DNA of 64,000 nt, from contig CATNEN010000001.1 in NCBI GenBank assembly GCA_950097015.1, positions 19,096,001 to 19,160,000 of the forward strand, in the 5' to 3' direction. The stretch comes from Macrostomum hystrix. Taxonomy: Eukaryota; Animalia; Platyhelminthes. Numbering within the stretch: position 1 is the stretch's first letter; every line of letters begins with the position of its first letter. A model generated the notes under the pieces. It was not told the origin of the DNA. It made no database searches and saw only the letters and a program-made list of their open reading frames with translations. This document shows positions 24,223 through 36,459 of the stretch, one piece after another. The position numbers and the translations under genes are program-made.

Positions 24223-26112
24223 TGTCTAGATTTAATTCGGTTTTAAGAGACCTCTTGAGACAGCTCAATGAGAATTATTGTGCCTTGTTTTCAAGGTGAA
24301 ATTTGAATAGAGAAATTCAATAGGAGAAAGCATTAAAACTCTACTGTTGACCACTTGTGAAAAGTACTGGAAGCTAATAAACACACTTTGCTAGCAATTC
24401 AAGAAACAAAGAACAAAGAAGTCATTTATGTACTTCAAGTTAATTATTGTCAGCTATTGACAAAAGTATATAACCCAGACAGACAGACAGAGTGATAGAC
24501 AGACAGACTATAGCGCATTAAGTTTAGTGTGTGTTGCTTCTCGGTTTGATGTCTCACTCTTCTTCTTTCGATCGTAAGTCCAAGCTGTAGTCTTCTGTAG
24601 TAAGTAGTCTAGCAGTGTATTCGCAGTGTCGATGACAAGAACGCAATAACTAAGTATGACTATCGACTCTTTTAAGTAAGGCTAATGATCTATAACTATT
24701 CTAGATCGGAAACTACTGCGATCAGAGTTTAAGTCAGGAACTAACGCGGAAAGCAATGTCTTATGGATTAAAGTGCAATAAAAACGGAGCTCGAGTCTTA
24801 GCTCTCAAAATCCGCGGGTGCCGGGCAGCTCCCGCGCCCCGCTCCATCTTATATAATGTGCTCAAACCCCTCTTTTCCGAGGGGATGGAAAAGCCTTAGC
24901 AACAGAGCGCAAGAGAATTTGTGAAGAGTGGGGTCGCAGCCCCGAGTTTAGTACAGCGCAAAGAATTGGATTACTCGGTTGGCAGGCACACCAAACCCGG
25001 TCCTAAGGACGGTGGGGCAAAGGCCTAAAAACTCATCTCCAGATAGAGTCCAGGCCGGCTCCGCCTCCTCCCGTGGTCACGGGGTCCGATGTCTGCCTTC
25101 GGTCGATTCTCCTCCCACCAGTCTCCCCCGCTGGCCGGTTCGGGCCGGTTCCGATTTTGCTGTCGGTTGGCGACGTTCTAGAAGTGCAGAGAGCAACGGC
25201 CCAGCAGTTTTCTGGACTTGTCAACCTGAGTTGCAAGGAAGCCAAGAAATGTGATGCCACATCATGGCCAGAACTGCGGAGCCTGGTTGATTCGTCGGAC
25301 TCAACCCAGGAGGATTTCTGTCCCGTGATGGCATCACAGCAGGCAAATTCTGAGCGGCACCGGCCGACACCGCAGCAGTCGAGGTCGGAAATCGTCATGG
25401 ACTATCCCCGGAATTTCTACGAAGCGTACAGCAGTGTGCAGCAGCTCCGGCTTCGCTTTGAGGGCTTGGAGATAGTTTACACGCAGAGCAACCAGGAGCA
25501 GGCACATGTACAACCGCAGACCAGCACGCCAGAACCAAGCTTCCAGACTCATGATGCTGATAAGAATTCAAATGAGTGAGTAAATTGGGACAGACTTAAA
25601 ATTCAATTGTATTATTAAAGTCACATGGAGTCTCAGTGAAGTATTTTTGCCCGGATGATTCACTGAGTAAATCCTACTATTTAAGGGTAGGTCGCTGCAA
25701 ATCAGATTATGGGCTGACAGAGAGTCTGTGAACTGTACATATCAGCTGCTTTATGTACTGCTGGAGGTTCCAAACTCTGATAAATGGGATTTGCAGCTGG
25801 CGAGCTCTGAAGCAGCTATTATGCAGAGCTGGTGAAAGTGACTTTGTGTGTAATGGTGGCTGCATGAATGTTCCATTGCTTATACCCAATGCATGCAACT
25901 ATCGCAGTGAAGCGAGTCAGGCAGTAGTCAGAATGACTTGAGTTATCAGTGCCTCTGTTGCACCAGTCTCTGGCTACTGCTTGATGGTTTTACCTGCTTA
26001 ATCGACAGTTCCTACTGCCCCATAACTGCTTTTTAAGTGCAATTATTACATGTTATTTTTTAAATAAAAAATATAATTGATTATAGTGCAAGGTAGCCAT
26101 AATAACATTTTG
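24223..26112 (+). repeat. Right arm of 1890-bp inverted repeat
   Basis: Reverse complement of 21122-23011; contains an unassigned 168-codon ORF (25073-25579). Confidence 0.95.
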
Positions 26113-27252
26113 TAGTCCCTCTTGCAGCAAGGGCAGATGGTTGCATTATTTTAATTATTTTAAAGATTCCTGTTTTCCTAACTTTTTGGAGCATTGAAAT
26201 AAATAAAAGTGTATAAAATTAATTCCGGGTTCAGTTTGAAACTTATTGCATGCTTATTTATATAAATTAAATCAATGTTCATAATTAGAAAAATAAAATC
26301 TTAGACTAGCAAACAGTATGTAAAAAAACTAAAAAAGCACTGTCAGTGCATTACATATCGTCGGGTATACATTGCATTGTAGGCCAGATTGAAGGCTACT
26401 TTGTTTGCCAATTGACACCAACAATTGTCAAGCACTTTGCATATGGAAGAGGAAAAGTGATTCAGTAAAAGTGATTACTTACTTGCAGAACATTACATGT
26501 TTTATATAAAATAGGATTTGATTCAAAATAATTTTTGACAATGTGAATGAGGCATTTAAGAAAAGAGAAGTCTGCTGAGGAGTGTGACTAGAAAAAAGAA
26601 TTTAGTATGATAAATATATGTCATATATCTTAGCTATATAAAGCCAGTGTTAGCTTTATTAAAAGCGTCAAAGGTCGAAGGATGTAGCTCCAGTTGCTTT
26701 TGCAAAGTCCATTCACAATAAGATAGCTGCATTGAACTGACTCTTTAAGTCATTTATTATAATAATAGCGGCCTCATTCAAGGGCAATAGTTGCAATGCT
26801 GAGCTACTTATTGTTTGGAACATTGCAGTCGCAGTTAGTACGATGAGCAGGGCTTAGAAATTCACTTACAAATGAAGAAAGTCAAAAATTTGACTGGATG
26901 TGTATAAAACTGTAGTACACACGAGCAATACAAGCAACAAGAAAATCGGAATAAAGCAAGTCATTTCTCGGAAAGTCGCAATTTCGTGGAATAAAATATA
27001 ATTTTATTTTCAGTTACAACTAAAAAAGTGCTCTCAACAGTTTTATGAATTAAAAAAATAAGATAATTTTTATCAAACACGTTGACATATACAGGGCTCC
27101 AAACTAAAAAACTGTAAAAAGTTGATAGTTTTGTTTTACCTAAAATGCGTTATTAACGATCTCCAAAAATTCCTATTTTAAGCTTAAGCTTAAGAAAGAC
27201 ACTTCAAGTACTCCTGCTAAAAGGTATATATTAGACGAATATTAATTATTTC

Positions 27253-27282
27253 TGCTCCCCGAAGGGGGGCATAACTTGCTAG
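27253..27282 (+). mobile_element. Probable Helitron 3' terminus
   Basis: TGCTCCCC-GAA-GGGGGGCA hairpin followed by CTAG|T; 5' end not identified. Confidence 0.45.
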
Positions 27283-27886
27283 TATAAACGCTAATAAGGA
27301 CATTGATCTGCCATGCATATAATTGTATAAAGCAGGCAGTCTATTCTCAAATGCACATCTATCTCCATTTGTCCTAGTTGTTCCCTGCACAGCCAACTAA
27401 TGAGCAGAAAGAAAGCGCATCTAAAAAACAAGCAATTAAAAACGAAAACGCGAAACACTGTTTAGGAGCCCCTGACAGACAATGAAACTGTGAGCTATAT
27501 AATAATAATAAAACGGAATTGAACGGAAAAGCTGATAAATGAACGAATTTAATAGTGTCATTAGTCCCACGAATAAAAACAGCTAACGTAATTACACTGC
27601 CAGTCCGCTGGATAGTGCAAACATGCACGGTAAGATTGGCAGCGCACGGTAATTAGCAGATTTTATTCGCGCTCAACGAGTCACCTCACAAAAGCTCCCG
27701 AACCAAATGATAGCTTTTCGTGAAAATCGACCATATCGATCAAAGCTTTTCGCCTTTTTCAAAGAACTAACCTTCTTAGCCGTACAGCACCCCTAAAGTC
27801 TTCCGTGCAGGGCAATTGTTTACTAACAATTACTAACATACTAACTAAGTTACTCGAAAACAACTACTGACTGACTAACTACTGGC

Positions 27887-28708
27887 ATGGAGTCCGTTTG
27901 TCGACGTTTTCCTTCGACGCCGATAGACACCATCAGAACCTGCATGTACGACGGTGACGTCCAGGTTGGATATGCGCCGTTTGCCCTGGCCAACTGCGCA
28001 GACATAGTCTACGAGCAGCTCATGGCTGAGCTACTGCCCAAGGCCATCCGGCACCGACCTAGCGAGAGAAGGCTTGTCCATTGGATTGGCCCCGCATACT
28101 CCTACTCAGGAGTCGCTCTAGCTGCGAACAACGACTGGCACCCGACGCTGCTAGCGATTCGCGACTACCTGGTGGATGAGTCGGGCATTGACTTTCCAAT
28201 ATTCAACAGCTGTCTGGTCAACTTTTATCAAGACGCTGATGACAATATTCCTTACCACTCTGACGATGAGCCGGAGCTAGGGACAAATCCGACCATCGCC
28301 ACGGTGTCATTCGGCGCCTCCAGGACGTTCTGCGTGCGGGACAAGCGCACCCATAACGTCATTTATAAGTTCGACACGCTGCCTGGCTCGTTGATCACCA
28401 TGGCCGGAGCCTGCCAGCGCAAGATGCAACACGCCGTGCCAGCGGTGCATGCGCAGCAGGGAGCCCGAGTGTCGCTAACATTCCGTGTCACCGCGGAGCT
28501 AAAGGACAACCGTAACCGTAAGCGCCAAGCAGAAGAGCCTCTAGGCGTCAAGAGTCCCCTAGCAAAGGCACCGGCTGAAGCGACGTCTGACACCTCAGAC
28601 ACCTCAGACACCGTGGCAGCGGCGGCGGCGGCGGCGGCGGTGGTGGTAGAGGCAGCACCAGAGGTCTCAACGGTTCCGAAGGCGCAGGCACAGCCTGGTC
28701 CTTGGTGA
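27887..28708 (+). CDS. AlkB-family 2OG-Fe(II) dioxygenase (ALKBH2/3-like), N-terminal part of LINE ORF1
   Basis: YSYSG, FNSCLVNFY, HSD (HxD), QHAVP (distal His), RVSLTFR (RxxxxxR). Confidence 0.9.
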   Translation: MESVCRRFPSTPIDTIRTCMYDGDVQVGYAPFALANCADIVYEQLMAELLPKAIRHRPSERRLVHWIGPAYSYSGVALAANNDWHPTLLAIRDYLVDESGIDFPIFNSCLVNFYQDADDNIPYHSDDEPELGTNPTIATVSFGASRTFCVRDKRTHNVIYKFDTLPGSLITMAGACQRKMQHAVPAVHAQQGARVSLTFRVTAELKDNRNRKRQAEEPLGVKSPLAKAPAEATSDTSDTSDTVAAAAAAAAVVVEAAPEVSTVPKAQAQPGPW

Positions 28709-31118
28709 CTTAAATGCCAGGCACGGCTTCCTGGGGGGAGAAAGTAGGAGTAATAGAGCGGGTCAGCAACTCTACGACTGGCTCTGCTCAGATGAACCAA
28801 CCCCAACCGTTCTAAACCAGGTAGGGGACTTCACAAGAATTGCAAGCAAGGGGGAGTGATCTCACGGAACGTGCTGGATCTTGGACTAGCCTTAGAGGCA
28901 CTCGTCCCCCTCATCACCAACTTCTGCGTAGGGCAGGACCTGGATAGTGACCACCTTCCAATCATAGTCACCTTGGGACTTAAGTCTCCCCTTCTGAATG
29001 ATCAAGATGCCCCCAGAAATTATACTAAAGCAAACTGGGATGCCTTCAAATCCCACATTAGCCAAAAGCTCCTGGATCCCTGGGTCCCTCCCTTGGAAAC
29101 CCCGCAGGATCTAGATGCTGAGGCAGAATATCTAACTGAGGCCATCCAGGGAGCGATTGCGTATGCAGTTCCTCTGAGGAAACGGATCTCACCCCTACCA
29201 CCCTACATCGTGGACAAAATCAAGGAGAGGAGGAAGCTCCGCAGACTCTCACAGTTCTAGAGAGGATTCGTACCGGATCAGTGCAAATAGGCTGGCCAAA
29301 CAAATCCGCAAAGATATCGAAAATTTCAAACAGCGTAAGCACACTAAAATGTGCGAGAAACTGGTTGAAAAAAGTGAAAATCAAGAAGTCAAAAACTTTT
29401 GGCGGGATGTAAAAGTTCTAATGGGACAGAAGAAGGGTAACACCATCCCCACCCTGACCTCTGGGTCCATAAAGGCCTTTACCGACCAAGACAAGGCAAA
29501 TCTTCTTGCGGAGTCGCTGGATGCCAAGATGCGCCCTGTCCCGACCACCAGCCTTGATTATGCTGAGACGGTTAACCAATACTCCCAGCTCAGGCTGCTC
29601 TATCCCTCTAAGCCGGACAGCAGGATTCCACTGCTCCCCTTAGAGGCACCAATCAAGTTCGAGGACGTCACTTGGGAGCTTGCCCACCTGAGGGAGGATA
29701 GTGCCCCAGGGCTCGACAAGATCCCCAACAATGCCCTCAAACGTGGTCTCGAACACGTCTCAGTGACCCGTATAACCAGTCTGTTCAACGCCTGTTTTGA
29801 ACAAGGCCACTTTCCCAGCCCCTGGAAAAAAGCAGTAGTAGTGATGCTACCAAAGCCTAACAAACCCCGAGATGACCCAAACTCATACAGACCAATCAGC
29901 CTAACATCCTGCCTAGGCAAAGTTTTTGAAAAAATCATTGCGCGGAGGCTAAAAAGCCACCTGGAATCCACGGGCGCACTGGGTGCAGATCAATGCGCCT
30001 ACAGGAAAAATCACTCCACTTATGACAATCTGTGCCGCTTGGTGCAGAATATCATGGTGGCCAAACACAAGAAAAAGAAATTATCCGCAGTCCTGCTAGA
30101 TGTCGAAGCAGCCTTTGACTCCGTCTGGCAGGACGCACTGCGGTACCAAATGATCCAGGCAAACCTCCCGGGGCGGGTTCTTAGTATCTGCTCCAGCTAC
30201 CTTCGGGACAGGTTGGTCCTAGTGAGGGTTAACTTAGCCCTCAGCCAGTCGTTTAAACTCAAGGCTGGCGTCCCCCAGGGTGGAGTTATCAGCCCACTCC
30301 TCTATCTGCTCTTTGTGAGCACCATGCCAACCCCAAAAACACCTGGAGTAGAACGAAGCCAGTTCGCCGACGACATGGCAATCTGGGCGTCGGCGGAAGG
30401 TTTCGTTAAGCTCAGGAAAAACCTGCAGCGCTACCTGGATGAAGTCCATAAATGGTGCGGCGTGCAGGGCATCAAAATCAATGCCGGAAAAAGCCAGGCC
30501 ATAACCTTCAATTGCAACAAACCCAGGGTAGGGTGCCAGGACAAACGGCCCCAACTCCACCTGGGAACTGTGCAAATACAAAACTGTGATGTAGTTAAGT
30601 TCCTGGGCATAAAGCTGGACACTAACCTGAGACTTAATGAACACGTAAAATCACAAATCAACACTTGCAGAGCGCAGGTGATGTGCCTTAGCAAGATTGC
30701 AAAAAAGACCAATCTGAAGAGCGACACTCTGAAAATGCTATACCGGGCTTACGTGGAGAGCACCATGACATATGGAGCACCCATTCTAACAATCCTAAGC
30801 CCGGGAAACAAGAGTGACCTTCAGAAAATTCAAAACATTGCCCTCAGAATCTTCTATGGGATCCCATCCTACATCTCCACCAGCTACTTGCATGAGCATG
30901 CCCAGATGCCCCTGGTAGCGAACAGGATTGATGATCTGGGGACCCGCTGGCTCCTTAAAGCCTGCAAGGCTAAAATCCACACCCTAGACAGGCGCCCTGA
31001 TCCGATTAGGATAAAACCGGGGTCCAGAATGCCTGTTCTACATCACCTCTGGGAAATCCTGGAGAGGAGAATAGCTGCTGCTACACCAGCGCCCAGGGGT
31101 CCAGGCAGGACAAACTAA
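28692..31118 (+). pseudogene. LINE ORF2 (C-terminal half of APE endonuclease plus reverse transcriptase), 5'-deleted with two frameshifts
   Basis: LVLGDLNARH (from ~28695), VLDL, SDHLPI, then APGLDKI, YRPISL, LDVEAAFDSV, GVPQGGVISPLLY, FADD, KFLGI; frame changes near 28855 and 29260. Confidence 0.92.
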
Positions 31119-33734
31119 AAGAGGCAGCTGTTGCTGCAACAGCAACCAAAAAACAATCTCCAGCACCCAACATATGCAGCAGTTTATCTCATGTTGTGCT
31201 TGCTCTTTAGTTTGGCAAAAAAGTGGAAAAAATAACAAGTCCCGGCACTAGACACTAAGCCATCCAGGTATTCCTTTGGGTCATTTGGCAAGTTTCTTAC
31301 CAGCTTACTGCAAGTAGGTGATATTGGGGTGAGAAGTGTTTTCTAGGTTTGAGTTACGAAGATTTCAAGCTTGAACTAGATTGGGGTGGGCGTATGGGCT
31401 TGGGCTTGTTGATTTATTATTTGGCTGAAGCATAACTTGGTATAAAGGGCAGTTGTCACTGTCACTTTAGAGGGCAGGGGAGGATGTTCTCTAAGTGATT
31501 TAGATAGAAATTGAATAGGCTTAGAACCGCTGGGGGGTCATATTTTTTTGGCAAGAGTAGGCTATAGAAATTAGGCGGGGTGGTGGGTGTCTGACAGTTT
31601 ACCTAACAATGGGCCGGAACTGGAAAGGTAAAGTACAATTTTTTTAGGGTTCAGGCTAGTTTATGGGCACGGGACAGTATTGGCTCAGCATTGCAAGGCC
31701 CTGCCAGTCCAATTCGCATCACTTTAAGAGTTCAATGATCATTAGATTATTTTACTAAAGATTTGCAATGCCCTATGCCCTCCGATACGGAGTCGTTTTT
31801 TGCGGACACAAACCAAACCAAACCAATTCACCAATGTAAACCCTAGACTGCTCCCCTTGTGTGTGATGCGCCAGGACTATCAATCTAGCTTTTTTTCTAT
31901 CAATTCTTCTGTCAAACCAATTTACCAATGTAAATCTGTCAAACCAATTTACCAATGTAAACCCTAGGCTGCTCCCCTTGTGTGATGCGCCAGGACTACC
32001 AATCTAGCTACAAACTCTCAAATAAATTTTTTCCATCAATTTTTCTGTAACCCTCCAATGCGAAAAAACGCACTACAATCTCAATCTACCTATAACTCAC
32101 CTAGGCTGCTCCCCTTGCGATGCGCCAAAAGCTATCAATCTAATTACTAAGCTCTAATCTTTCTGCTAAATTACAAATGCGAAAATGCGATACCCTAACC
32201 AATTTGGGGGTTGGCTAGGCTTTGCAAATTCATATGTACTATGCGCTTGTCTTAGATTTCCTCTTTTATCCTGATGTCCTAATCTTTGTGAGGACCCATT
32301 TTTTATCCCAATCATGCGCACTCAATATACCAAAAAATATATTCCATTCGTTTTTTTTATCGTGTAAAATATTTTTCGTCAATCATATCCAATAAATATA
32401 CAGTACCTACAGCGGAAGAGCCCCTCCCAGGGCTGACCCGCGGGTCTTAGACCCAAACCTCTTAACAACAACGAGTCCGCCGCGAGAAGGCTGACACATG
32501 GGCTCATGAAATTAGCGCTTTAAAATGTAGCGCTTCACAGCACATTGTATTGCATGTGCAAAGTGACCTGTAAAAATTTTGCTAGTTGAACGAATTGTAT
32601 CCAAAATTTGGGCTTACTGGTATTCATTTTAGCGCTCTTAAACTTAACGCTTCACAGCACCCACACAAAAGTAGGTGCAGAGTGACTTGCTGTAATTGGC
32701 TCTGTAGATATACCAATTTTTCCATGGGATAGGGGTGGTATGGTATTTTGTTCCAACAGGAAGACCTCAGGTAGCAAATTTTATGGGAGACGAGGTGGGA
32801 ATTTTCGGGTTATATCGGGTCAACTTGGTAGCAGATTTACGCAAGACAATAGGCGGTAAGGGTTTGACGCAATAAGGGACTCTTGGAGGAATCACAAATG
32901 GTAATGGGTTTCGACAGATTTTAGCTGGAACTCGATGAGTTTCTGGCGTAGGTTTAGGACTTTTAGGAGCACCTTCAGAAGAGTTGCAGCGCTCTTCCTG
33001 CTGCTGCTGTTCTGCGGGAAGTTTTGTTGACGCACTCGTCTCTTGGCTAGTTGCTGATGTAATTTGTACCTCGCCGATATCCTTGTACATCTCAACCAGG
33101 ATAGATAGCTGACTAGCAGCGAACTCAAGTTCCATGTATTGGAGTGGATGCTTTTCTTCTGTAGTAAGTTTGTCAATATACTTTCCTAATTTTCAGATTT
33201 TTGCTCAGCTTTTTTCGACTCATTATTCGGTCTTTTCGGAGAGCCATTTGGGCCTCATTGAAACGCAAACATAGCAATTTTCGTATAGCGCTTATATTTC
33301 AGTGCGCAGCAGTTCAGTTCTGCTCCATTTAGCTTACTATTTAGATTTAATTATTCGGAAGTCAGATTAAGACAAAAAATGAACATAAAGGCCTTCCTAA
33401 AATCACTTTCATCTTCTCTCGTTTATAACAACGTAAACAGTGTATTTAAATTCACGCGTATTTAAATTCACGCGCTAGCTCTGCAGCTATTTTTAGAACT
33501 GGGAAGACCACGCTTCCTCTATGGCTTTGCTCGCAAGCACTCATTTTCTCTCGTTATTGATATTGCATTAGAGCAGCAGCAGTGTACAGTATACTGAATG
33601 TATTGTTTCGTTCGAGATCGATTGACTGACTGATTGACACTGATTGACACAGACTCTATGTCTTATGACATTCAATAATTTGATTTAACTTTGACTGGCG
33701 GCGGCAGCGACGACAAGCAAAAAACACGGAAAGG

Positions 33735-34345
33735 CAATTAGAATATAATTTCTATGCTAAAGTCTACTCGATTATATTTCGCAGAGGCTAACTAATGCTA
33801 TCCAGCTGTACAATTGAATATTTATCTCACCTCGAAGTGGGCACAGGCGGACGGGGGCTGGCTGCTGGTACTGCTGCTTCTGCTGCTTCTGCTGCTTCTG
33901 CTGCAACTGCTGCTACTGCTGCTATTGCTGCTACTGCTGCTGCTTGGCAAATGGGCACAGGCGGACGGGGCTGGCTTCGGCTACTGATGCTGCTGGCTGG
34001 TGCCGGCCGGTTTAGCTGCACTGAGCTGAGGATGAGCATGGAAAAAAGCAATTAGAATATAATTTCGACGCTAAAGTCTACTCGAATATAGTTGCTGAGG
34101 CTAACTAATGCTATCCAGCTGTACAATTTAATTTTTATCTCACCTCGAAGTAAGCACAGGCGGACGGGGTTGGCTGCTGGTACTGCTGCTTCTGCTGCAC
34201 CTCGAAGTGGGCACGGGCAGATGGGGCTGGCTGCTGGTACTGATGCTGCTAGAGCTGTTGAGCTGCTACTGAGCTGCTACTGCTGCTACTGCTGATGCTT
34301 CTGCTGATGCTGTCGGTTGCTTCTGCTGATGCTTCTGCTGATGCT
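33735..34345. repeat. GCT-rich low-complexity region with an internal duplication
   Basis: GCAATTAGAATATAATTTC..CACCTCGAAGT..GGCTGCTGGTACTGCTGC occurs twice (~33735, ~34048). Confidence 0.7.
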
Positions 34346-35067
34346 GTCTGTTGCGCTGCAAATAAGAAAAAGGCTATGTATTTTAAATAGGCCATATAAG
34401 TATCTGTTCATAAATATGCATTACAAGCTGTGTTAATATAATAGGCCCTCAGATTAGTCTTTGTATATATAATAGGCCCTTCAATTAGTATTTGTATACA
34501 TATAACAATCGGTCTGTTAATCTAATAGTTAATAGCGCATGCAGTTCTCTATAATTATAATATATTAGTAATCTCAGTAAGTGTAATGCAGTTCTGAGCT
34601 GCGTAGAAATATATTAGATCCTAATGCTCGCTGTTGACATAATAATAGATCCTGTGGCTCTCTGTCGGTATAATATCTGTAGCCTGTTTTAACTTTGTCC
34701 AAGCAAATAGAAGGCTGACTGTTGATTCGAATTGTGGATGGATCTCTGAATTATATTTGACTGTAAGCTGCAGTTCGATCGAGCAGTTGGGCCGGGCTAA
34801 AACTAAAAGACTGCTACTTTGCTTGCCACCCTTTCTTTAAACCTTCGAAAGCGAAAGGGGGCGGCCCTGTCTCTAAATTCATAGTCTATGGTAAAAGGGT
34901 GTGGAAGGCCACTGCTCTGCCTTGAAAAAGAGAAGCAGTGTGTCTGCTTTAACCAATCGATAATGTCACCCCTGTGGCCATAGACTGAAGACGATCGAAG
35001 TCGTCTCTCTTTCCATCTGCAGGTCTGTCTGGCTGGCTCGGCACTGCTTTTGAGGGAGGAAGATCGA

Positions 35068-36445
35068 GTTGGAGGGGGTGGGTGTGCTGTTCACTGGAAA
35101 ATCGAATGTCTGAGCTTTTCGAGGGGTTTGCTAAAGCGTAAACAAATGTAGTACGCATATAGTGCAGGGCACGCTTCTTTTTGGAACTTCGGGCTCTCTC
35201 CCTCAGAGGGAGCCCCGTCTTAGTAGGAAATTAGCAGCAGCAGCAAGAACTAACAAACAAAATATTCGCTAACTTTTAAACGATTTACTCACATGCACTC
35301 TCTATACATATACTTGTAATGCGATAAACTCAATACATATAAACAACGATAAATAATGATTTCGATTGATTGCACAGACTGACACTGATTGATGCTTACT
35401 CTTTGCCCTTTTAATTTGCTATAATGATGAACCAAATCAAAGCTATAACGTATATATACTGTTTCTGTGCGGCGGTGGCAGCTGCGGCAGCGACGACTCA
35501 AGCCAGTGATTAGCTGTATTTCTTGCAACATGTTTTACGGCTTTGCGCTTTGCTGTCATCATTCAATACAGCTGATCATCATGGCCTACGCAGCAGAGCG
35601 CGCCGGAGCAGTCCGCGAGTCGATTCAGGCTGCGATTCGCCTGATTGTGACTGCTCGCGGCGGCGTGTGCTGGCTCCCCTGGCTGCTGAACAAGGGATTG
35701 CCAAGGGCCGGCATTAGTGCCGAGCTTCTGGCATTCGCCGATTTCGCCAACGCGGAAGCCGCCATCGAATCTACGCATGGACTCGCTGTTGTGTTCATGC
35801 AGGAGGGCAGCTACTTCGTTGTCGAGGGCCCGCCGACACAACAGCGGGTCCGTGAGGTGATGGCGGCCCAAAATCGGCAGATCCCCGCCTGGCCGCATTG
35901 GCGACTGGCCGACGCAGAGTCCGGCTACGCAAGTATTGCGGACTCAGAGGAGTCGGACTAACATTTTATTTTAGTGGGGAGTCGGGGATTGGAGGGGGTG
36001 TGCTGTTCACTGGAGAATCGAAGTCTGACCTTTTGAGGGGTTTGCTAAATCGTAAACAAATCTAGTATTTAGTGCAGGGCACGCTTCTTTTTTGGAACTT
36101 CGGGCTCTCTCCCTCAGAGTGAGCCCCGTCTTAGTAGGAAATTAGCAGCAGCAGCAAGAACTAACAAACAAAATATTCGCTAACTTTTAAACGATTTACT
36201 CACATGCACTCTCTATACATATACTTGTAATGCGATAAAATCAATACATATATATATGATTGATAACGAGATCGGTTGACTACCGATACTGACACAGATT
36301 GACTCTCACTCTGCTCTTTTAATTTGCTGCATTGTGTGTATTTCATATAACCGAACTGACGGTTTTATAAATACTGATTCCATTGCGGCGGTGGCATCTG
36401 CGGCAGCGACGACTCAAGCCAGTGATTAGCTATATTTCTTGCATC
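35068..36445. repeat. Duplicated upstream module (~35068-35525 and ~35988-36445) preceding each LOTUS gene
   Basis: Shared TTGGAGGGGGTG..GGGCTCTCTCCCTCAGAG(G/T)GAGCCCC hairpin..TATA-like box..GGCGGTGGCA..GACGACTCAAGCCAGTGATTAGCT. Confidence 0.85.
35581..35961 (+). CDS. Stand-alone LOTUS (OST-HTH)-like protein, paralog 1
   Basis: IRLIVTARGGVCWLPWL..FANAEAAIESTHGLAVV..G..TQQRVREVMAAQ fits the extended LOTUS pattern of TDRD5/TDRD7; clear paralog at 36460. Confidence 0.6.
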   Translation: MAYAAERAGAVRESIQAAIRLIVTARGGVCWLPWLLNKGLPRAGISAELLAFADFANAEAAIESTHGLAVVFMQEGSYFVVEGPPTQQRVREVMAAQNRQIPAWPHWRLADAESGYASIADSEESD

Positions 36446-36459
36446 ATTTAATCTAGACA

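Larger units (their letters stand above)
27683..32468 (+). mobile_element. Non-LTR retrotransposon (Jockey/I-like LINE) carrying an AlkB domain; internally deleted
   Basis: TSD CAACGAGTC at 27674-27682 and 32469-32477; short (AAC)n tail; empty site TCAACGAGTCCGCCGCG at 48611; APE and RT motifs. Confidence 0.92.

Noticed and set aside
21655-25579. 168-aa ORF present in both inverted arms as a transposase
   Set aside because: No catalytic motif recognised, non-ATG start, upstream in-frame stop; left unassigned
27887-28708. AlkB as KDZ-transposon cargo (by analogy with TET/JBP-KDZ) or as a host ALKBH2/3 gene
   Set aside because: It lies inside the LINE TSDs and the empty site lacks it
32767-33135. 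122-aa minus-strand ORF (and a stop-riddled ORF remnant at ~42590-42840)
   Set aside because: No recognisable domain or paralog to support a gene call
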